Source of the DNA: Patescibacteria group bacterium
GTDB taxonomy: Bacteria; Patescibacteriota; WWE3; UBA101185; UBA10185
Length of the DNA stretch: 64,000 nucleotides
Assembly (NCBI GenBank): GCA_026004595.1
Contig: BPJL01000008.1
Location: forward strand, 13,383 to 77,382
Direction: 5' to 3'
The position numbers and the translations under genes are program-made. Positions 1 to 9,364 of this stretch are shown here, piece after piece. How positions within the stretch are numbered: the stretch's first letter is position 1; every line of letters starts with the position of its first letter. The notes under the pieces were generated by a model. It worked only from the letters and a program-made list of their open reading frames with translations, did no database searches and was not told the DNA's origin.

Positions 1-1956
1 AGAATCCATAGTAGCAACCAATGAAGCATTTATAGATTTTATTTTGCCGTTTGTTTTCATTACCCACTTCTTTAACGAAAAAAGATGGCTTCTTGATATA
101 TATGTTGAATCTTTCAACCAAACTATTATTGGGTTTTCTGACCTCATCACCCTTCCTCTGTATTGCTCAAACTGCTGCCACGTTTTAAAACTGTGAGTGA
201 ATATTAAAACATCTGATTTAACACCGTCGAACTCTTTACAACAAAGTGCTTCATCGAATCCCGTTCCTATTTTTGACATTGTTCCTATTAACACACGTGT
301 GTTAGAATAGCTGTTTTTTGTCCCGTATAGTGTATCAACCTGTACGTCTTTGATCAGCTCACACAAAAGTTCAACATGTTCCTTTAACCTTGACAAAACA
401 ATCAGTTTACTTTTCTTACTAAACAGTTCTACCAGTTTAACTATCAGTCTGTTTCTTTCTTCGTTTTTCGAAAGATCTCTGCAGTAAGCACCGAAGTCTG
501 ATAAAATACTAGAATCAACTGTTACCCCAGTGTTTACTACAAGAAAAGTGTATGGCCTTTTTGATATGGAAAATACTCCGTGAACACCAACTATTGACTG
601 TATCATCTCTTCTGTGTTGTCAGGCCTTTCCAAAGTTGCCGTTTCAGCTATTACATACCTTGGTCTAAAACGAAACAGTGATATGATGTTATCTGGTGTA
701 CAGAACCTGTGTGCTTCGTCTATTATTAGTGTGCCAACTGTCTCAGCGAGTGATTCTGAAACCTTTCTCTTTGGAAGACAGATGATAAAAGAGGGGTTTT
801 CAACTGGTTTTTCTCCCGCGATTAACACTGGTACTTCACCGAAACAGGTCTTAAGCGTGTTCAACCACTGATCAATAAGTATTTTTCTGTGTACAAAAAT
901 TGCTGTCCTATAACCTAACCTATGAGCCAGGTAAGACCCCATTACGGTGTTATGCGTTACCTTAAAGTCATCAAGCAGAAACCTTCCGTTTGAATCCAGC
1001 GTGAAACCAACTATTTCACCTTTCCCAGAATCAACGAGTTTAAACTTCTCAAGAGCAGACCTTGGCGCCGGTTTAGGACAAAACATTGTTGGTATAATAG
1101 AGTAGTCACCTCTAAACTTAAGCAAACCATTTTCCAGATAACCATTGAACCCAAGTGATCTTACCAGATAAAATGTTGTATAGTCATATTTGATCTGCAT
1201 AACATCGCTTGATTCATGGTGATTATCAAAGTAAAAGGAATCACAGAGACCTGCTAGAACTCTTAGTCTTGTTTTTACCGAGTTAAAAAGGTACTCTTCC
1301 TCTATGGGAAGGTTTGACATAAAGCCGTATCTATAAGGATCTACTTCGGTATCTCTTGAGGGGAATTCTATACACGCTGTAACAAGCCGATAGTGATTTA
1401 CATTGTCAATCTCGTTTACTGAAATGTCTTTTACTTTTTCATCTCTTGTATCAAAAACAGTAAGAATATGGCTGTAGTTACACACGAACGGTTCGCTGAA
1501 CTCTGGCTTTACTCTCACTAGTCTATCAGTTCCGTAGACTATTGATCCTATGTTTCTTGGTTTACCATCGTCACCCATTAGTTTGTCATTCAGTGTTAAC
1601 TCGCAAGCCTTGATTCTTCTTCCGTTGTGAAGAAGTAGCCCCGTTTCAGGGTGAAGACACTTTCCAATTCCTGGAGGGAGTCCCAGTGTTGTAGTTGAAT
1701 ACTTTAGGAGCTGATCGTAGGCAGTTTCAACTAGTGGTATTTGAATTTCCCTTAAAGAAGCGTTAAAACTTAGTTCCATTTTAACATGAGTGTCTAAACG
1801 ATTAAGTAGTTTCTTTGTTAAGACACAAGCGAACCTAAAAGGCAGAACAACTGAATCATCCTCTTTGAAAAACAGTTTTCTACACTGAAACGTTAGCAGT
1901 TTTGCTATTTTATCCTCTTTACCAGAAACTTCTTCTAAAGAGACTTTAGCAGACAT
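1..1956 (-). CDS. Superfamily 2 DExH helicase (A18-like), intein-containing; 3' end runs off the window
   Basis: Not in the ORF track; translated by hand from ATG at 1956 (MSAKVSLEEV...). Walker A LPPGIGK/T is split by an intein, followed by FVHRKILIDQW (motif Ia), LIIDEAH (II) and AETAT (III). No stop was seen before the window edge. Confidence 0.9.
   Translation of the reverse strand, partial: MSAKVSLEEVSGKEDKIAKLLTFQCRKLFFKEDDSVVLPFRFACVLTKKLLNRLDTHVKMELSFNASLREIQIPLVETAYDQLLKYSTTTLGLPPGIGKCLHPETGLLLHNGRRIKACELTLNDKLMGDDGKPRNIGSIVYGTDRLVRVKPEFSEPFVCNYSHILTVFDTRDEKVKDISVNEIDNVNHYRLVTACIEFPSRDTEVDPYRYGFMSNLPIEEEYLFNSVKTRLRVLAGLCDSFYFDNHHESSDVMQIKYDYTTFYLVRSLGFNGYLENGLLKFRGDYSIIPTMFCPKPAPRSALEKFKLVDSGKGEIVGFTLDSNGRFLLDDFKVTHNTVMGSYLAHRLGYRTAIFVHRKILIDQWLNTLKTCFGEVPVLIAGEKPVENPSFIICLPKRKVSESLAETVGTLIIDEAHRFCTPDNIISLFRFRPRYVIAETATLERPDNTEEMIQSIVGVHGVFSISKRPYTFLVVNTGVTVDSSILSDFGAYCRDLSKNEERNRLIVKLVELFSKKSKLIVLSRLKEHVELLCELIKDVQVDTLYGTKNSYSNTRVLIGTMSKIGTGFDEALCCKEFDGVKSDVLIFTHSFKTWQQFEQYRGRVMRSENPIIVWLKDSTYISRSHLFSLKKWVMKTNGKIKSINASLVATMDS
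949..1659 (-). mobile_element. Intein (237 aa) with a degenerate LAGLIDADG homing endonuclease
   Basis: Begins CLHPETGLLLHNG immediately after GIGK. Contains LMGDDGKPR, block B FVCNYSHILT, endonuclease remnants DPYRYG / RLRVLAGLCDS / YLVRSLGF, and block F/G VGFTLDSNGRFLLDDFKVTHN followed by extein Thr. Removing it restores GIGKT. Confidence 0.93.
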
Positions 1957-1983
1957 GTTTTAGTTACAATCAAAACAGTTTTT

Positions 1984-2700
1984 TTATTCGATTATTAGAG
2001 GTATGTCACGTCTTTCAGCCTTTCTTATTACCGAAAGCATGTATTCTACTGGTATTTTTGAATAATCACTGTCCCAGATAGCATGTCTGTCAACACGAGA
2101 CCCTCTTCCCTTTAGTGAACCGTTAAAGTGTATCAGTTCTACTCTTAACCCGTCTCTTAAAGCCTCTTTTAGGTACTTGTGAGGAAGGTACCCAAGACTC
2201 CAAACGTGAGCGGTGTCAATACAGACTCCAAAATTATCATGCTTTCTTTGAAGCTCAAGACAGAAGTCAACGAACTCATCGTAGTCTGTTAACAGTTCGG
2301 TGCCCTGACCTGCTGGTGTCTCTAAAAGTACTTTACAATCTGTTTCATTCTTTTCGCAAACCTTTTTAAGTAAATTTCTCTGGTTGTTGATTGCTTCTGT
2401 AACTGACATTTTAACTGACTTTCCCACGTGAACAACTATTCCCTTTGCATCAAGCTCGGTACCAGCAAGGTACAGGTCACTAAGAAAGTCTTCTACTATC
2501 TTTCTTTCCTGATAAGTTTGGGAAATGTTCCACACGTAGGGAGCATGGATAAACAGTCTGTCAGCCCGTCTTAGGAGTTCACGATTGATATTGTTTATTC
2601 TAACGCCCGTGTATGGAACTCTTAAAAAGACTTGTGCCGGTTTACCCCTTTCAATAGATGAAAGGCTGTCTTTGTTATAATGTCTTCCGATTGACTCCAT
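1984..2700 (-). CDS. AP endonuclease family 2 (endonuclease IV-like)
   Basis: Metal-ligand motifs HAPYVWNI, VVHVG, LLETPAGQGTEL, CIDTAHVW, HFNGS, DRH. Confidence 0.9.
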   Translation of the reverse strand: MESIGRHYNKDSLSSIERGKPAQVFLRVPYTGVRINNINRELLRRADRLFIHAPYVWNISQTYQERKIVEDFLSDLYLAGTELDAKGIVVHVGKSVKMSVTEAINNQRNLLKKVCEKNETDCKVLLETPAGQGTELLTDYDEFVDFCLELQRKHDNFGVCIDTAHVWSLGYLPHKYLKEALRDGLRVELIHFNGSLKGRGSRVDRHAIWDSDYSKIPVEYMLSVIRKAERRDIPLIIE

Positions 2701-2730
2701 TTTAGATTATATTTAATTAAATAAGTTCAA

Positions 2731-5427
2731 ATGATAACTGCTCAGATTTTTGACATAACAATGATTGATGATTTTGAAGCCTCTAACAGACTAGCAATAC
2801 TGTTTTGGTGTTTTGATGAGGAATCGAAACCACTGTTGGTGAGAACATTCTTTAAACCATTTTTCTATATTCAGCTACCCGATTTTGTTAACGGTAACTT
2901 TATAACGTGGAAATCTGATAACGCGGGGAAAGTCGCAAAGGCGATTAAAGTTACCGAATACGAGTTTTGTGAAAAGTACCTACTTCATTACTTTCAAGGT
3001 GATAGAAAATACCCGATGCTAAAGTTGACCTTTAACAGTCTTAAAGAGTCTAAACGGTGTGAAAAGATTCTTGAAAAGCCGGTCCACGTTGATAGCATTG
3101 GCTGGGTTAAACTTAAACCACTTGAGAACAAAGAGATAAAACCGATAAGAAAGCTTTTATCACTTTGTAACATAAGGTACTCACAGTGGTTTACATTCGA
3201 AGGTGTTGAACCTGAAGAAAAGATAAGCACTATAACGGAGTACATTAGTGATTGGAGAACATTTAAACCAAAGGAAATGAAAAAGGTTGTTAAACCAAAG
3301 CTTTGTTCAGTTGATATAGAAACGTTTACAGTTAACGAAAAAACAATGCCTGACCCGCTTAGGATAAGTGACGTATGTTTTATGATATCATGCGTGTTTG
3401 AGTACAAAAGGGTACTAATTGTAATGGGTAACATCAGTGATATAGAAGACTGTGAGGTAATTAGATGCAGTGATGAATGTGACATGATTGAAAGGTTTGC
3501 TGACGTTATCCAAAGAGAAGACCCTGATGTGATTTGTGGTTATAACATCTTCGGCTATGACTTTCCCTACTTGGATACAAGAATAAAAATTAGAATGAAA
3601 GACTGGCCAAAGAGACTAAGTCGTCTTCTAGAATACGAAGTTGACGTTAAGAAAAAGTGTTGGAAATCGTCTGCTTATGGCTTTAACAAGATAACGTACC
3701 TTGACATGCCTGGAAGAATCTGTATTGACCTTTATCACGTGATTAAACGGGACTATAGGCTTGATAAGTATACCCTTAGTTTCGTATCAAAGCTTTTTCT
3801 TAAAAATGATAAGGATGACGTTTCACCGAAGGAGATATTTGAAACATACAGAACGGGAAAGGATCTCAAAAGGGTTGGTGAGTACTGTATCAAGGATTCA
3901 GAGCTTGTTATTCAGCTTTTTAACAGACTTAACACATGGATTACACTGGTTGAGCTTTCGTCGATAGTGGGCGTAAATATTGTAGAACTGTTTACCAGGG
4001 GACAAAAGGTCAGATGCGTTTCACAGCTATACGATATAGCATCAAAGAACGACTACGTGATAGACCAGAGGACATCTGATAAAATAAACTACACAGGCGG
4101 TTTTGTTTGTGAGCCGATCACTGGCATTCATGATAACATCGTCTGTATAGACTTTGCTTCACTATACCCTTCAATCATAATCGCCTATAACATTTGCTAT
4201 ACAACGCTTATACCGAAGGAATTCGATGACCAGATTCCCGATGAAGAGTGTCACGTGATTCATTACGGCGATATGAAGATAAAATTTATTAAACAGAAAC
4301 ACAGAGTTGGTCTGCTTCCAATGCTTGTTGAGCAGTTAGTAAGAGAAAGAAGACAGGTTAAAGCAGAGAAGGCAGAAGACGAAATGAGAGCGATTGTGCT
4401 TGATAAAAGACAAAACGCTCTAAAGATCTCGGCTAATTCGATTTACGGTTTTCTTGGTTTTCAAGAGGGCAGTCTTCCCCTTGTTGAGGGAGCGGTTTCA
4501 ATCACCACTATAGGAAGAGAGCTGATAAATCAGGTAAACCAGTATGTTACTGAAAAGGGGGGTAGGGTGATTTACGGGGACACAGACTCTTCCATGGTTG
4601 ATTTAAACACTGACGACCCGATAACAGCCGGGAAAAGGCTGGCAGAGGAAATAAACCGTCTTTTCCCTCAACCGTTAAAGGTAGAGTTTGAGAAGGCGAT
4701 GAGACTTTTTGCCATAAAAAAGAAAAAGTACGCATACTTTATGATAAGCGAGGACGGTGGCTTTAAATCGGTTGAAGGAGAACCCATAGTTTACAAGAAG
4801 GGAATAGCGATAGCAAGAAGGGACAACTGTAAAGCGTTTAGGGTCGCTTATGAAAAGATACTAAGAGAGATACTTAAGAAAAAGCCTTTCGAAGAGCTTT
4901 TATCAATCCTGATCGACGAACTAAGACTGCTTTTAGAATACAAACTCCCCGTTGAGGATCTTGTGATAATCAGAACACTGGGTGCTTCCTATAAATCAGA
5001 CAGCTATTTTATGAAAATTTTCTCTGATGAACTTAGACGTGTTGGAAAAGAGGTTAACCCCGGAGACAGACTTGAGTATGTAGTTGTTATGGGCAAGGAC
5101 AAACTGGGTTATAAGATGAGACTGATAGAAATGTACGATGAAACAGAGGAAATAGACGTTATGTTTTACTTAAACAGTCTTTACGCTAATTCGATCGACC
5201 AACTTTTCTCAATCTGTTATCAAGGAGACGAAAGACTGAAAAGCATCGGCTACAAACCAAGAAACTCTAGAAAGAGAGGAGAGTCTATTATAACACCGGT
5301 TAACATGATATCAAAGATGATAGATGATCTAACTGACGGCTCTAAAGAGAAAATAATTGAGTTTTCTCAAACGGTATTGCCAAACTTATTAATTTTTCTT
5401 AAAAATATAAATGAGCAACATAATTAA
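2731..5427 (+). CDS. polB: DNA polymerase family B
   Basis: ExoI VDIET, ExoII GYNIFGYDFPY, ExoIII YCIKDS; polymerase motifs DFASLYPSII, KISANSIYG, YGDTDS, KKKY. Confidence 0.98.
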   Translation: MITAQIFDITMIDDFEASNRLAILFWCFDEESKPLLVRTFFKPFFYIQLPDFVNGNFITWKSDNAGKVAKAIKVTEYEFCEKYLLHYFQGDRKYPMLKLTFNSLKESKRCEKILEKPVHVDSIGWVKLKPLENKEIKPIRKLLSLCNIRYSQWFTFEGVEPEEKISTITEYISDWRTFKPKEMKKVVKPKLCSVDIETFTVNEKTMPDPLRISDVCFMISCVFEYKRVLIVMGNISDIEDCEVIRCSDECDMIERFADVIQREDPDVICGYNIFGYDFPYLDTRIKIRMKDWPKRLSRLLEYEVDVKKKCWKSSAYGFNKITYLDMPGRICIDLYHVIKRDYRLDKYTLSFVSKLFLKNDKDDVSPKEIFETYRTGKDLKRVGEYCIKDSELVIQLFNRLNTWITLVELSSIVGVNIVELFTRGQKVRCVSQLYDIASKNDYVIDQRTSDKINYTGGFVCEPITGIHDNIVCIDFASLYPSIIIAYNICYTTLIPKEFDDQIPDEECHVIHYGDMKIKFIKQKHRVGLLPMLVEQLVRERRQVKAEKAEDEMRAIVLDKRQNALKISANSIYGFLGFQEGSLPLVEGAVSITTIGRELINQVNQYVTEKGGRVIYGDTDSSMVDLNTDDPITAGKRLAEEINRLFPQPLKVEFEKAMRLFAIKKKKYAYFMISEDGGFKSVEGEPIVYKKGIAIARRDNCKAFRVAYEKILREILKKKPFEELLSILIDELRLLLEYKLPVEDLVIIRTLGASYKSDSYFMKIFSDELRRVGKEVNPGDRLEYVVVMGKDKLGYKMRLIEMYDETEEIDVMFYLNSLYANSIDQLFSICYQGDERLKSIGYKPRNSRKRGESIITPVNMISKMIDDLTDGSKEKIIEFSQTVLPNLLIFLKNINEQHN

Positions 5428-6412
5428 GCTACCAAGAAACTGTAGACTATATTTTTCAAACAGAGATCTGGGAAAAGAGATAGAAAAGTATGATGTCTCC
5501 GAAGTTGAAAACATGGAGGAGATGTTTGGTAACGTTACCTTTACTGAACCAGTTGATCTTTCATCATGGAACGTTTCAAAAGTAACCACGATGAAAGATC
5601 TTTTCCGTTTTTCAAGTGGTTATTTACCCAACATTTCCAACTGGGACGTTTCAAACGTTACCAATATGAGTGGAATGTTTGATCATGCTGATTTTGAAAA
5701 CGAAGTCTCGTTAGAAAACTGGAACACGTCAAACGTAAAAGATATGAGTTTTATGTTTTTACATTCAGAAGTTAAAGTTAATATATCAAATTGGGACGTT
5801 TCAAATGTAACAGATATGAGTCATATGTTTGAGGAATCAACGTTCAACGGCGACATTTCACGTTGGAACGTGTCGAATGTGAGGGACATGAGTTACATGT
5901 TTAAGGGATCAATGTTTAGCGGTGATATATCGCGTTGGAACGTGTCAAACGTGAGAAACATAAGTCATATGTTTGAGGACTCAACGTTCAACGGTGACAT
6001 TTCACGTTGGAACGTGTCGAACGTAAGTGACATGAGTTACCTGTTCAAGGGTTCAAAGTTTGACAGAGCTATCTCTTTTTGGAACACTTCAAATGTGAAA
6101 GATATGAGTTTTATCTTCGCCTGTTCGGTGTTTCGCGGTGACATTTCAAGATGGGATGTTTCAAAAGTGTTGAAGCTGACTGGAGCGTTTAGAAGATCCA
6201 AATTCACTGGGGACATATCAAGATGGAAAGTTGATAAGTGTTTAGACTTCTCTGGTATGTTTGAGTACAGTCAGTTCAATGGAGACTTATCACGGTGGAA
6301 AATAAACGGCAACATCAAGGGAATGTTTTACGGTTCCAAGTTCAACCGAAATATAAACGTAGACCGCAACCTCGCTTTTAACACAAAGTCTGACATAAAT
6401 GATGAAGATTAA
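5411..6412 (+). CDS. DUF285/BspA-like tandem-repeat protein
   Basis: Repeated ~24-aa WNVSNVxDMSxMFxxSxFNGDIS units. Confidence 0.9.
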   Translation: MSNIIKLPRNCRLYFSNRDLGKEIEKYDVSEVENMEEMFGNVTFTEPVDLSSWNVSKVTTMKDLFRFSSGYLPNISNWDVSNVTNMSGMFDHADFENEVSLENWNTSNVKDMSFMFLHSEVKVNISNWDVSNVTDMSHMFEESTFNGDISRWNVSNVRDMSYMFKGSMFSGDISRWNVSNVRNISHMFEDSTFNGDISRWNVSNVSDMSYLFKGSKFDRAISFWNTSNVKDMSFIFACSVFRGDISRWDVSKVLKLTGAFRRSKFTGDISRWKVDKCLDFSGMFEYSQFNGDLSRWKINGNIKGMFYGSKFNRNINVDRNLAFNTKSDINDED

Positions 6413-6429
6413 AATAAACTCGTGTTAAA

Positions 6430-6732
6430 ATGCTAAGAAGAATCATGGGTGAAGCAAACTACAATGAGTTCTGTATCGCCGTTTACAGGGGTGACTATCC
6501 AACCGACTTCAAAAACAGGGGGGAAAGGACTGATTTAAGAGCGTTCTTTCTCGACACTAACTACACACCAAAAAGGCTTGAAGAGGACATAATCAAGGGA
6601 AAATACAAAGAGCTACTTTCTATGGAAAAACGAGGGTTTAAACTAGAAAGCGTTCAGATAACAGTGTTTATAGTTGTTGTAACTGTTTTTTGGCTGTGCT
6701 TTTTAAATGGTCTGCTTAGTATGCTACGGTAA
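6430..6732 (+). CDS. Hypothetical protein with C-terminal transmembrane helix
   Basis: ORF with TAAAATG start and hydrophobic C-terminus. Confidence 0.6.
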   Translation: MLRRIMGEANYNEFCIAVYRGDYPTDFKNRGERTDLRAFFLDTNYTPKRLEEDIIKGKYKELLSMEKRGFKLESVQITVFIVVVTVFWLCFLNGLLSMLR

Positions 6733-6910
6733 TGAAAAACTGCTAAGAAACAGGTTTTCTTGTGGTTGTAAAGGGATGATCTGTGCTTTTTGTTACAGGC
6801 TGTTAGACAAGTGTCCAGTCTGTGCTGGTCGAGGTAAGCAATCAGTATTTATTATAATTATCATACTAATTATATCCTATATTTTAAATGATATACTACG
6901 GTTTATTTGA
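6707..6910 (+). CDS. Small RING-like Cys protein with C-terminal membrane anchor
   Basis: CLVC..CGC..CAFC..CPVC spacing followed by an Ile-rich helix; TAAATG start. Confidence 0.6.
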   Translation: MVCLVCYGNEKLLRNRFSCGCKGMICAFCYRLLDKCPVCAGRGKQSVFIIIIILIISYILNDILRFI

Positions 6911-8321
6911 TTGTAAAAACGAAGCAAGAATAACTGAACTAGAGAAAAAAGTTGCTGAACTGGAAAAAAGGATCAACAGTCTAGAGAACACGAACACTCC
7001 CGTCCAGGTTCAGATAGTTGAAGAAAAGGGCTTAAAAGACGTTAGTCCTGAAGTAAGAAGCAAACTTTTAAGCTACAGAGAAGCAATTGGTGTTAACCAG
7101 TATCACAGCAGTGGCATAACAGGACAGGGTATAAAGGTTGCTGTCCTTGACACGGGAGTAGAGGAACACCCATTTATTGGAAGGGTAAAAAAGATAAACC
7201 GTTACGGTCGAAATGACAACTATCACGGTACACATGTGGCCGGAATAGTAAGAAACATTGCACCTGATGCTGAGATAGTGGACATACAGATTTTCGACGG
7301 AATGAAGTGTGATCCAAACAAGATTGTGTTAGGTATTACAGATGCAATCAACGAGGGTGTTGATGTGATAAACATTAGCTCCGGTGCTTCGATAATATGG
7401 AATCAACCCGATTTTATGTTCCCGTACAACGGTAGTTGGGTAACCATTGATGCCATTTGGGAGGACCTTGAAAAAAGGGGAATTCTTGTTGTGGTTTCAG
7501 CCGGCAACGACGGTACAGTTGAACACTTTTACCGTCAGCTTGCTTCTTACTACACAGCGACACCCTTTGACAAACAGTTTCACCTTGGTGACACGGTAGC
7601 GGGAACAAAACGCCACAACTGGCCAATCACCACTACAAGCTGTTCAGTTGATCACAAGTTTTCAAAGTTTAACTCGTTAAACGTTAGTGTAAAATGCATG
7701 TCGTTTGGTGAGGACATTGTTTCAACGTGGGAAGGGGGCAAATTCGTTTCACTTAGCGGTACTTCAATGTCTTCTCCTCACGTGTCAGGTGCTTTGGCTG
7801 TTCTACTTTCAGCCTACAAGAGTAAGTATCCAGACGTATCAAAGTACGAAAGGGCACAAGAGGTAAGAAACTTTCTCCTTGGACACTGTACAATAAGAAA
7901 CATAAAAGAGATGTACAAGCTGATACCCAGGTCAAAAGAGCTTGATTCGTCTCTCGAGTCTATGAAAAGGGCTGTTGAGAGCAACAACATCGTTCAGTTT
8001 AGCATGGCGTTGAGTATATTTACCGCCGTGTGGGGTAAAAATATCATTGCCAATAACCCTCAGTTTGCCGGTTTCTTCTTTAAACCAGTGATAACAACTA
8101 GAGAAGACATGCTATCAGCGTGGGAGTCAGTAAGAGTCTTCGTGAAAAATCTTGAAATAAAATACACAATACTTTCCCTCGGCTACGGTATAGTGAAGCT
8201 AGTGCCTTTAAAGCCAAGAGGCGATATGAAAGAGATCAAAAAGCCCCAGTTTGAACTGATTGAATGTGATCCAACTGTACAACTCTTTCCACAGTTAACC
8301 TCTCACTCTCTGTATTCTTGA
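6888..8321 (+). CDS. Subtilisin-like serine protease (S8)
   Basis: Catalytic triad motifs VAVLDTG, HGTHVAG, GTSMSSPHV and oxyanion motif SAGNDG. Confidence 0.95.
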   Translation: MIYYGLFDCKNEARITELEKKVAELEKRINSLENTNTPVQVQIVEEKGLKDVSPEVRSKLLSYREAIGVNQYHSSGITGQGIKVAVLDTGVEEHPFIGRVKKINRYGRNDNYHGTHVAGIVRNIAPDAEIVDIQIFDGMKCDPNKIVLGITDAINEGVDVINISSGASIIWNQPDFMFPYNGSWVTIDAIWEDLEKRGILVVVSAGNDGTVEHFYRQLASYYTATPFDKQFHLGDTVAGTKRHNWPITTTSCSVDHKFSKFNSLNVSVKCMSFGEDIVSTWEGGKFVSLSGTSMSSPHVSGALAVLLSAYKSKYPDVSKYERAQEVRNFLLGHCTIRNIKEMYKLIPRSKELDSSLESMKRAVESNNIVQFSMALSIFTAVWGKNIIANNPQFAGFFFKPVITTREDMLSAWESVRVFVKNLEIKYTILSLGYGIVKLVPLKPRGDMKEIKKPQFELIECDPTVQLFPQLTSHSLYS

Positions 8322-8753
8322 TCTTCTTCGTACTATATCAGTAAGATTTAACAAGGTGATTACTGTCATATAGACCTCGGGTGAAATGATAATAAGTGGA
8401 CTAACCAGAGAATAGTTCCTATCACTCGTGTAATAGACTATGGTTGATACTATAATCAGTGTTATAAAAAAAGTGTGTTTTATCTTAAGTGATTTAACGG
8501 AAACGTAAGTTACCAGAGCAATCAACGTGTACATAAAAACGACCGAAGCAGCGTTAAACACTCTGGTGTACATTCCATCCTTAAGATTATAGAAGCTTTT
8601 ACACTCATTGCACATGTAATAGCTTCTTTCACTTCTTATTCTCCATTGGTTTAAGCATTCCTCGTGAACGTATTTCATCGTACCTTTGCACTTACACGGC
8701 GATATCATGTTCTCTTTTGTGTCCTCTTCCAAACAGATCCTACAGGTCTCCAT
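8295..8753 (-). CDS. RING-CH (RINGv, MARCH-like) membrane E3 ligase
   Basis: CRIC...SPCKCKGTMKYVHEECLNQW...CNEC followed by hydrophobic helices. Confidence 0.9.
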   Translation of the reverse strand: METCRICLEEDTKENMISPCKCKGTMKYVHEECLNQWRIRSERSYYMCNECKSFYNLKDGMYTRVFNAASVVFMYTLIALVTYVSVKSLKIKHTFFITLIIVSTIVYYTSDRNYSLVSPLIIISPEVYMTVITLLNLTDIVRRRSRIQRVRG

Positions 8754-8833
8754 TTATTTACCGGATATTTTTATTATTTTCTATTAAGCAATATCATCTG
8801 TTTTTAAAAAATTTTTTTTATCAACAATTTAAA

Positions 8834-9364
8834 ATGTCTAATTTAATAACATCGCTTAAACCAAAAGATCTTAGTTCGGATTCGTTTTTGTTAAAGTCGG
8901 CAACGGGAGTCGGCTTGATTGTATCTGGTGTCTTTTTAGCAGCGACCAACAAGACTGTAACTTCTGAGTACAGTTCCATTTCACCGAAGTGGACACTTAA
9001 CAACGTGATGCCCTTGGTTTTAGTAATCTGGTTGGTTGCTATTGTAGCATTGGTATTAGTGTGGCACCAGGCAACATTGTTCACAAGCAACAAAGAGTTA
9101 ATGAATATATTGATGTTTAGCATATTTGGACTCCTTTTCGTATACGTCTTCTCGTTTTTCAGCAGGAATGTTAAAGCTGCAAAGTACGTGATTTTAACTG
9201 TTACTCTTTTGCATGTTCTACTGATTGGCATGCTATGGAGAGAAGATTCAACTCGTCCTCTTTCGTTTATGGCCCTTGCAGTTTTTGGCTTTTTGGTTTG
9301 GAGGACAGCAAGTGACTTTTGTTTAGACAAGCGTCTTAATCTATCACAACAACTGCAGCAATAA
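8834..9364 (+). CDS. Multi-pass membrane protein, possibly TspO/MBR-like
   Basis: Probable start MSNL at 8834 (TTTAAAATG). About five hydrophobic helices; YSSISPKW..VMPLVLVIW loosely resembles the TspO loop. Family call is tentative. Confidence 0.5.
   Translation: MSNLITSLKPKDLSSDSFLLKSATGVGLIVSGVFLAATNKTVTSEYSSISPKWTLNNVMPLVLVIWLVAIVALVLVWHQATLFTSNKELMNILMFSIFGLLFVYVFSFFSRNVKAAKYVILTVTLLHVLLIGMLWREDSTRPLSFMALAVFGFLVWRTASDFCLDKRLNLSQQLQQ

Noticed and set aside
614-871. 85-aa plus-strand ORF
   Set aside because: Antisense to the helicase DEAH region, which has clear motifs.
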